Positions 58,178 through 64,000 of a DNA stretch of 64,000 bases are shown piece after piece. The notes beneath the pieces were generated by a model. The model did not search any database. It was not told the DNA's origin and saw nothing but the letters and a program-made list of their open reading frames with translations. Each line of letters begins with the position of its first letter. The first letter of the stretch is position 1. The DNA comes from an uncultured Chloroflexia bacterium (GTDB taxonomy: Bacteria > Chloroflexota > Limnocylindria > Limnocylindrales > CSP1-4), in assembly GCA_963813335.1 (NCBI GenBank), contig CAWEYL010000005.1, positions 1 through 64,000 of the forward strand, in the 5' to 3' direction. Made by a program: the position numbers and the translations under genes.

Positions 58178-59473
58178 ATGAAACTGCACAGGATCGGTGC
58201 GCTCGCGGCCGTCAGCGTCTTGGCGTTCGCAGCGTGCAACAGCAGCGGCTCGAGCGCCGCACCGAGCACGGCGGCCAGCGGTGGCGCGGTCGCGACGCCC
58301 GGCGACACCAGCAAGGGCACGGTGAACATCGCGATCGAGCTCCCGCAGCAGGGCAGCGAGCTCGCGGCGTCCCAGCCGATCATCAACGGCATCCTGCTTG
58401 CCGTGAAGGAAGCCGGCGGCGCCGCCGGCGGGTACAAGATCGAGATCCCCAAGGAAGTCATCTTCGATGACGCCAAGGACGGCGTGCACGACCCGCAGAC
58501 GGGTGCCCAGAACATGGGCAACATCGTCGGCCTCGACAAGGTCGTCGCCGTCATCGGCCCGCTCAACTCGAGCGTCGCCAAGGTCCAGATCCCGATCAGC
58601 AACGAGGCTGGCCTGTTCCAGTGCAGCCCGGCCAACACCAACGAAGGCCTGACCAAGCCGGAGTTCGGCGCCCTCGACATCCGCAAGGCGAACCCCACGA
58701 AGATCAACTACGTGCGGGTCGTCACCACGGACGACAACCAGGGCCCGGCGGCTGCCAAGTACATCCTCGAGGTCCTTGGCAAGAAGAACGTCTACATCAT
58801 CGATAGCACCGACACGTTCGGGAAGGGCATCGCCGACAACTTCCAGAAGTACCTGGAAGCCAACGGCGGGAAGACCGTCGCCCGCGACGGCGCCCCGAAG
58901 GGCACCTCGGACTACAGCGCGCTCATGACCGCCGCGGCGGCCGCCAAGCCGGAGGCGATCTACTTCGGTGGCGTCACGGCCGACGGTGGTGCGCGCATCC
59001 TCAAGGCCGCGGTCGCGGCCGGCATGGCCGACATCCCGTTCATCGGGCCGGACGGCATCTATGACGGCAGCGCGGCGACCAAGGACTCGTTCCTGAACCT
59101 GGCCGGCGACGACGCCAAGAACTCCTACGCGACGGCCGCCGCGGTCGGGGACTTCCCCGGTCGTGAGGACTTCGCCAAGCGGTTCAAGGCTGAGTACAGC
59201 TCGGATCCGACCGGCTACAGCGCGACTGGCTACGCCTGCGCGCAGGTCGTCATCGACGCCCTCAACCGGGCGGCGGCATCGGCCGACATGAAGGCGCTCC
59301 GTGAGGCCGTCCGTGTCGCCGGTGTCGACACGACCCACAAGTACACGTCGGTGATCGGCGAGTTCACGTTCGACGCGAACGGCGACACGAGCCAGAAGAT
59401 CATCTCGTTCTACGGCTTCGACGCGGCGACCAAGGACTGGGCCTTCAAGTCCCAGCTCGACTTCGCCAAGTAA
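58178..59473 (+). CDS. livK: Branched-chain amino acid ABC substrate-binding lipoprotein
   Basis: Lipobox AFAAC; VIGPLNSSVA, DDNQG, FGKGIAD, IYFGG, FDANGD; GGAGGAG RBS. Confidence 0.9.
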   Translation: MKLHRIGALAAVSVLAFAACNSSGSSAAPSTAASGGAVATPGDTSKGTVNIAIELPQQGSELAASQPIINGILLAVKEAGGAAGGYKIEIPKEVIFDDAKDGVHDPQTGAQNMGNIVGLDKVVAVIGPLNSSVAKVQIPISNEAGLFQCSPANTNEGLTKPEFGALDIRKANPTKINYVRVVTTDDNQGPAAAKYILEVLGKKNVYIIDSTDTFGKGIADNFQKYLEANGGKTVARDGAPKGTSDYSALMTAAAAAKPEAIYFGGVTADGGARILKAAVAAGMADIPFIGPDGIYDGSAATKDSFLNLAGDDAKNSYATAAAVGDFPGREDFAKRFKAEYSSDPTGYSATGYACAQVVIDALNRAAASADMKALREAVRVAGVDTTHKYTSVIGEFTFDANGDTSQKIISFYGFDAATKDWAFKSQLDFAK

Positions 59474-59486
59474 GACCGCAGTGACG

Positions 59487-59515
59487 GGGGCCGGGGATCC
59501 AGCGGATCCCCGGCC
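59487..59515 (+). terminator. Hairpin after livK (partial terminator or stabiliser)
   Basis: GGGCCGGGGATCC-agc-GGATCCCCGGCCC followed by a pyrimidine run. Confidence 0.75.
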
Positions 59516-59562
59516 CTCTCTCTACTCCCACTTGATCGTCCTGCGATAGCCAGAGGTCGACC

Positions 59563-60636
59563 GTGACGGCTGCGTCTAGCTCCGGGAGCCCCGCCGATCG
59601 CGGTCGCATCGACCCGCGGCTCCGACTGCTCGGCACCTGCCTGCTCGGGATCGTCATCTACTACCTGGTCCTGAGCGTCATGGTGGAGGGCGGCTCGGCC
59701 GTCGCGGCCCAGCAGGTCGGCAACGCCCTCACGCTGGGCGCCATCTACTCGCTCGTGGCCCTCGGCTACACGATGGTCTACGGCATCATCGAGCTCATCA
59801 ACTTCGCCCACGGCGACGTGTTCATGGTCGGCACGTTCATGTCGTTGTTCTTCCTGTCGAGCCCGCCGGCGCCGCTCGACTTCCTCGGCCTGCATCTCCA
59901 CGGACCCATCGCCGAGCCGATCACGCTGGCGCTCGTCATGTTCGCGGCCTTCGTCTTCGGGATGACGGTGATGGGCCTCATCAACGTGACCATCGAGCGC
60001 TTCGCCTACCGACCGCTGCGCCATGCCCCGCGGGTCGCCCCGCTGATCACCGCGATCGGCGTCTCGCTGATCCTGCAGAACATCATGCAGATCATCGTCG
60101 GGACCGGCGACCGCCTCGTGCCGCAGGTCTTCCCCAACACCAAGATCTCGATCATGGGCGCCAGCATCGGCGTCCTGAACATCTTCATCCTCGCGGTGTC
60201 GCTGTCCCTGATGTACGTCCTGGTGCTGTTCGTCGGGCGCACCCGGCTCGGCCGCGCGATGCGCGCCACCGCCCAGGACCAGCAGGCCGCCCAGCTGATG
60301 GGCGTCGACCTCAACCAGACGATCGCGATCACGTTCCTCATCGGTGGCGCCCTCGCCGGCGCCGCGGGCGTCTTCCAGGGCCAGTACTTCGGGTTCGTGC
60401 GCTTCGATCTCGGGTTCAACGCCGGCCTGAAGGCCTTCACGGCCGCCGTCCTCGGCGGCATCGGCAACCTGGCCGGCGCGGTGCTCGGCGGATTCATGAT
60501 CGCGTTCATCGAGGTCTTCGCCGCGGCGAACGGACAGCAGCGCTGGTCCCAGGCCATCCTGTTCATGGTCCTGATCCTCGTGCTGGTCTTCCGTCCGAGC
60601 GGCATCCTCGGCCAGCAGATCGGGGAGCGGGCATGA
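59563..60636 (+). CDS. livH: Branched-chain amino acid ABC permease
   Basis: GAIYSLVALGYTMVYGIIELINFAHG; LKAFTAAVLGGIG. Confidence 0.93.
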   Translation: MTAASSSGSPADRGRIDPRLRLLGTCLLGIVIYYLVLSVMVEGGSAVAAQQVGNALTLGAIYSLVALGYTMVYGIIELINFAHGDVFMVGTFMSLFFLSSPPAPLDFLGLHLHGPIAEPITLALVMFAAFVFGMTVMGLINVTIERFAYRPLRHAPRVAPLITAIGVSLILQNIMQIIVGTGDRLVPQVFPNTKISIMGASIGVLNIFILAVSLSLMYVLVLFVGRTRLGRAMRATAQDQQAAQLMGVDLNQTIAITFLIGGALAGAAGVFQGQYFGFVRFDLGFNAGLKAFTAAVLGGIGNLAGAVLGGFMIAFIEVFAAANGQQRWSQAILFMVLILVLVFRPSGILGQQIGERA

Positions 60637-61811
60637 CCGCCGGGACGGCCGGGGCGGCGCGGACCGCGCCATCGAAGCCGGCGTCGACCCGCGACCGGCT
60701 GACCGACTACCTCCAGATCCACCGCTCGACGACGATCATCCTGGTGATGACCGCGGTGACGCTGGGCCTGCCGCTGCTGGCCATCGTCCCGCCGTTCAGC
60801 TTCTTCCAGAAGCAGGACGTCTGGCTGTCCGGGTTCTCGAACGCCGGGGTCTTCGTGCTCCTCGCGCTGGGGCTCAACATCGTCGTCGGCCTGGCCGGCC
60901 TGCTCGACCTGGGCTACGCCGCCTTCTTCGCCATCGGCGCGTACGTCTATGCCTATGGCGCCTCGCCGTACTCCGGCCTGCACTTGCCGTTCCTGGTCAT
61001 GCTGGCGATCGCACCGCTCGTGGCCGCCACCTTCGGGGTGCTACTCGGCGCGCCGACCCTCCGTCTGCGCGGCGACTACCTGGCGATCGTCACCCTCGGC
61101 TTCGGCGAGATCGTCCCGATCGTCTTCCTGAACGCGGAGAAGTTCACCGAGGGCACCAACGGCATCGGCGGCATCTACAAGCCGGAGCTGCCGTTCGTGG
61201 AGTTCACGCTCCTGAACCCGTGGCCGTTCTACGTGCTCATGGCGGTGATGCTCACGATCACCATGATCCTGATCTACCGGTTACAGGATTCCCGGATCGG
61301 CAGATCCTGGATGGCCATCCGCGAGGATGAGCTGGCGGCCGCCGCCAGCGGCCTGAACACGGTCACGACCAAGCTGCTCGCGTTCGCCCTGGGCGCCTCC
61401 ACCGCCGGCCTCGCCGGGGTGTTCAACGCCTCCAAGCTCACGCTCGTCAGCCCGGACCAGTTCCTCTCGACGGTGTCGTTCTCCATCCTGGCGATGATCG
61501 TCCTCGGCGGCATGGGCAACATCTGGGGCGTCGCGCTCGGCGCGTTCGTCGTCTACACCATCCAGGTCGTCTTCCTCAAGCAGCTGAACACGTTCTTCGC
61601 CGCGTTGCAGGTGCCGATCCTCAAGGACCTCAACTTCGTGCAGTACCAGCTCCTGCTCTACGGCCTGGCCCTGGTGCTGATGATGTTGTTCCGCCCCGAG
61701 GGCCTGTTCCCCTCCAGACGTCGCAAGCGGGAGCTCCATGCCGCCGATGACCTCGGCGACATGGCCCTGGTCGGCGAGCAGGAGATCGGCGTGAGCGAGC
61801 TCGATCGATGA
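60633..61811 (+). CDS. livM: Branched-chain amino acid ABC permease
   Basis: LGLNIVVGLAGLLDLGY; LRLRGDYLAIVTLGFGEI; AIREDE. Confidence 0.93.
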   Translation: MTAGTAGAARTAPSKPASTRDRLTDYLQIHRSTTIILVMTAVTLGLPLLAIVPPFSFFQKQDVWLSGFSNAGVFVLLALGLNIVVGLAGLLDLGYAAFFAIGAYVYAYGASPYSGLHLPFLVMLAIAPLVAATFGVLLGAPTLRLRGDYLAIVTLGFGEIVPIVFLNAEKFTEGTNGIGGIYKPELPFVEFTLLNPWPFYVLMAVMLTITMILIYRLQDSRIGRSWMAIREDELAAAASGLNTVTTKLLAFALGASTAGLAGVFNASKLTLVSPDQFLSTVSFSILAMIVLGGMGNIWGVALGAFVVYTIQVVFLKQLNTFFAALQVPILKDLNFVQYQLLLYGLALVLMMLFRPEGLFPSRRRKRELHAADDLGDMALVGEQEIGVSELDR

Positions 61812-62818
61812 CGGCCTCGTTACCGGACGACGGCACGGTGCTCGCCGCCGACCACATCACGAAGCGCTTCGGCGGCCTGCTCGCGATCAACGACATCAGC
61901 TTCGACATCCCGCGCGGCGCGATCGTCAGCCTGATCGGGCCGAACGGCGCGGGCAAGACCACGTTCTTCAACATCATCGCGGGCATCTACGACCCGACCA
62001 AGGGGTCGGTCGCCGTCGAGGGCCGCCGCCTGATCGCCCACTCCGTGCGCGGCTACCTCGAGCCGTTCGTGTGGACCGTCCCGGCCGTCGTCGTCGCGAT
62101 CCTGACGGCGATCGCCACGGTGGCATCGGGCTCGGAGACCACCGGGATCATCGGTCTCGCGCTGACGCTGGGGACGCTGACCACGATGCTGATCTCGGCC
62201 GTCGCCCGGCCGGCGTGGTACACCCGGCTGCTCAACCGGCTCGGGATCTTCCGGAGCGCCCGGCCGAACGACATGGTCGAGGCCGGCCTCGGCCGGACCT
62301 TCCAGAACATCCGCCTGTTCCAGAACATGACCGCGACCGAGAACGTCCTCGTCGGGATGCATATCAAGCTCCGGGCGAACATCGTCGACGCGATGCTCTC
62401 GACGCCGAAGAACCGCCGTGAGGAGGTTTCCTCCCGGCAGCGGGCCAACGAGCTCCTGAACCTCGTCGGGCTGCGCAATCGCGGCGAGGACCTGGCCAAG
62501 AGCCTGCCGTACGGCGACCAGCGGCGACTGGAGGTGGCGCGTGCGCTCGCGAGCGATCCGAAGCTCCTCCTGCTCGACGAGCCGACGGCCGGGATGAACC
62601 CGAACGAGACGGCCCAGATGATGGCCCTGATCAACAAGCTCCGGACAGAGCTGGGGCTGACCGTCCTCCTCATCGAGCACGACATGAAGGTGGTCATGGG
62701 CATCAGCGACCGGGTCACCGTGCTGGACCACGGCGAGAAGATCGCCGAGGGGACGCCGGAGGATGTCCGGAAGGACCCCAAGGTCATCGAGGCCTACCTC
62801 GGAGCCCCGGCTGTATGA
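61808..62818 (+). CDS. livG: Branched-chain amino acid ABC ATP-binding protein with hydrophobic insertion
   Basis: GPNGAGKTT, RTFQNIRLF, LPYGDQRRLE, LLDEP, IEHDM, VIEAYLG. Confidence 0.93.
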   Translation: MTASLPDDGTVLAADHITKRFGGLLAINDISFDIPRGAIVSLIGPNGAGKTTFFNIIAGIYDPTKGSVAVEGRRLIAHSVRGYLEPFVWTVPAVVVAILTAIATVASGSETTGIIGLALTLGTLTTMLISAVARPAWYTRLLNRLGIFRSARPNDMVEAGLGRTFQNIRLFQNMTATENVLVGMHIKLRANIVDAMLSTPKNRREEVSSRQRANELLNLVGLRNRGEDLAKSLPYGDQRRLEVARALASDPKLLLLDEPTAGMNPNETAQMMALINKLRTELGLTVLLIEHDMKVVMGISDRVTVLDHGEKIAEGTPEDVRKDPKVIEAYLGAPAV

Positions 62819-63576
62819 CGACCGCGACCGTGGCCGCCACCGACACGCCGCGCGGGGAGCCGGGCGAGACCCTCCTCCACCTCGACGGCGTCCACACCTA
62901 CTACGGCCATATCCACGCCCTGCAGGGCGTCTCGCTCGATGTCCGGCGCGGCGAGATCGTGACCTTGATCGGCGCGAACGGAGCCGGCAAGACGACGACC
63001 CTCAAGACGATCTCCGGGCTGCTCCATCCGAGATCCGGGACCATCACCTTCGAAGGCAAGGACATCTCGAAGGCGAACGCGCACGACCTGGTCCGCGCCG
63101 GCATCAGCCAGGCGCCCGAGGCCCGCCGGATCTTCTCGCGCATGACCGTCCTGGAGAACCTCCAGATGGGCGGCTTCACGCGGCCGACGAAGGAGCTCGC
63201 CCAGGACACCGAGCGGGTCATGACGCTGTTCCCGCGCCTGCGCGAGCGCACCCACCAGCAGGGTGGGACGCTGTCGGGCGGCGAGCAGCAGATGCTCGCG
63301 ATCGGACGGGCCCTGATGGCCCGGCCGCGGGTCCTGCTGCTCGACGAGCCATCGCTGGGGCTCGCCCCCATCCTCGTCCAGCAGATCTTCGCGATCATCC
63401 GCGAGATCAACGACGCCGGGACGACGATCCTGCTCGTCGAGCAGAACGCGCTCCAGGCGCTCACCGTGGCGCATCGCGGCTACGTCCTCCAGACCGGGAC
63501 GGTCCTCCTGTCCGGCCCGGCGTCGGAGCTGATCACCAACGACATGGTGCGAAAGGCCTACCTCGGCGAGGTCTGA
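62815..63576 (+). CDS. livF: Branched-chain amino acid ABC ATP-binding protein
   Basis: GANGAGKTT, LSGGEQQMLA, LDEPSLGLAP, VEQNA. Confidence 0.95.
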   Translation: MTTATVAATDTPRGEPGETLLHLDGVHTYYGHIHALQGVSLDVRRGEIVTLIGANGAGKTTTLKTISGLLHPRSGTITFEGKDISKANAHDLVRAGISQAPEARRIFSRMTVLENLQMGGFTRPTKELAQDTERVMTLFPRLRERTHQQGGTLSGGEQQMLAIGRALMARPRVLLLDEPSLGLAPILVQQIFAIIREINDAGTTILLVEQNALQALTVAHRGYVLQTGTVLLSGPASELITNDMVRKAYLGEV

Positions 63577-63623
63577 CCCCGGATGATCCCGACCCCGACC
63601 GCCACGGACCGGGGCGGCCGGCG

Positions 63624-64000
63624 ATGAGCCCGCCGCTCGAGCGGGTCGGCGGACGGGGACCGAGCGAGAGGACGCTGCTCCGGGTCGTCGTGCTGGTCCT
63701 GTTCGCGGCCCTGCTGGCCGTGGTCAAGCCGTGGAGCGGCGGCGAGACGGGCGGGGTCGCGCCCGGGCCGTCGCGGGGAACGGCGGCGGCGGCGAGCGCG
63801 ACGCCCGCCGGACCGACGCCGAGTCCGACACCCGTCGATCCCGCGTCGGCCTTCTGCATCACGCCGAGCGACTGGCGCCTGACCTCGCTCGAGATCTTCG
63901 ACCACCAGACCATCCGGGTCTGGCAGACGATCAGCCCGATCCACGCGACGGGACCGACCGACCCGGACCTGCCGGAGGGCCTGGTCGTGTCGACGTCGGT
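63624..64000 (+). CDS. Partial hypothetical membrane-anchored protein (runs off the window)
   Basis: MSPPLERVGG..LLRVVVLVLFAALLAVVKPW followed by a Pro/Thr-rich linker; no stop seen before 64000. Confidence 0.65.
   Translation, partial: MSPPLERVGGRGPSERTLLRVVVLVLFAALLAVVKPWSGGETGGVAPGPSRGTAAAASATPAGPTPSPTPVDPASAFCITPSDWRLTSLEIFDHQTIRVWQTISPIHATGPTDPDLPEGLVVSTS

Noticed and set aside
1-64000. tRNA, rRNA or tmRNA genes
   Set aside because: No cloverleaf with a T-loop consensus or rRNA-like segment was found in the intergenic regions by eye.

Overview
High-GC bacterial DNA, tentatively Chloroflexota (Limnocylindria-like) or Actinomycetota; this is an impression from protein style, not from a marker gene. 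No rRNA, tRNA or CRISPR array was seen. Layout: (1-32) probable right end of an IS481-family element; (28-5.8 kb) enolase-superfamily enzyme, FadR-type regulator and sugar ABC transporter; (6-27 kb) patchwork of small accessory modules (SMI1/KNR4, TetR/SnoaL, ArsR/SRPBCC, two RibD-C proteins, arylsulfatase-DUF2254-ClC operon, MMPL, serine hydrolase, deazaflavin nitroreductase, ArsR/VOC, AhpD-like); (27-37.4 kb) ten-gene operon (GH4, ABC, GntR-UTRA, SIS, amidohydrolase, LacD-type aldolase, two PfkB kinases) that reads as a non-PTS amino-sugar to tagatose-6-P route; (37.5-48.6 kb) xylose isomerase, a damaged ABC/GH127/LacI block, and xylFHG-like ABC with ROK regulator; (48.7-51.8 kb) CRTAC1-like protein plus degenerate M24-fold protein; (51.8-57.8 kb) minus-strand block with thioesterase, PD-(D/E)XK-like protein, acyP, holB, a NYN ribonuclease with a very long RNase E-like disordered tail, and a GNAT; (58-63.6 kb) livKHMGF, whose LivG carries a transmembrane-hairpin insertion. 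Many single-base frameshifts and two deletion-like junctions (about 39.15 kb and 40.7 kb) suggest a noisy long-read consensus, so 'pseudogene' calls are provisional. All family calls come from motifs recognised by eye; no searches were run.
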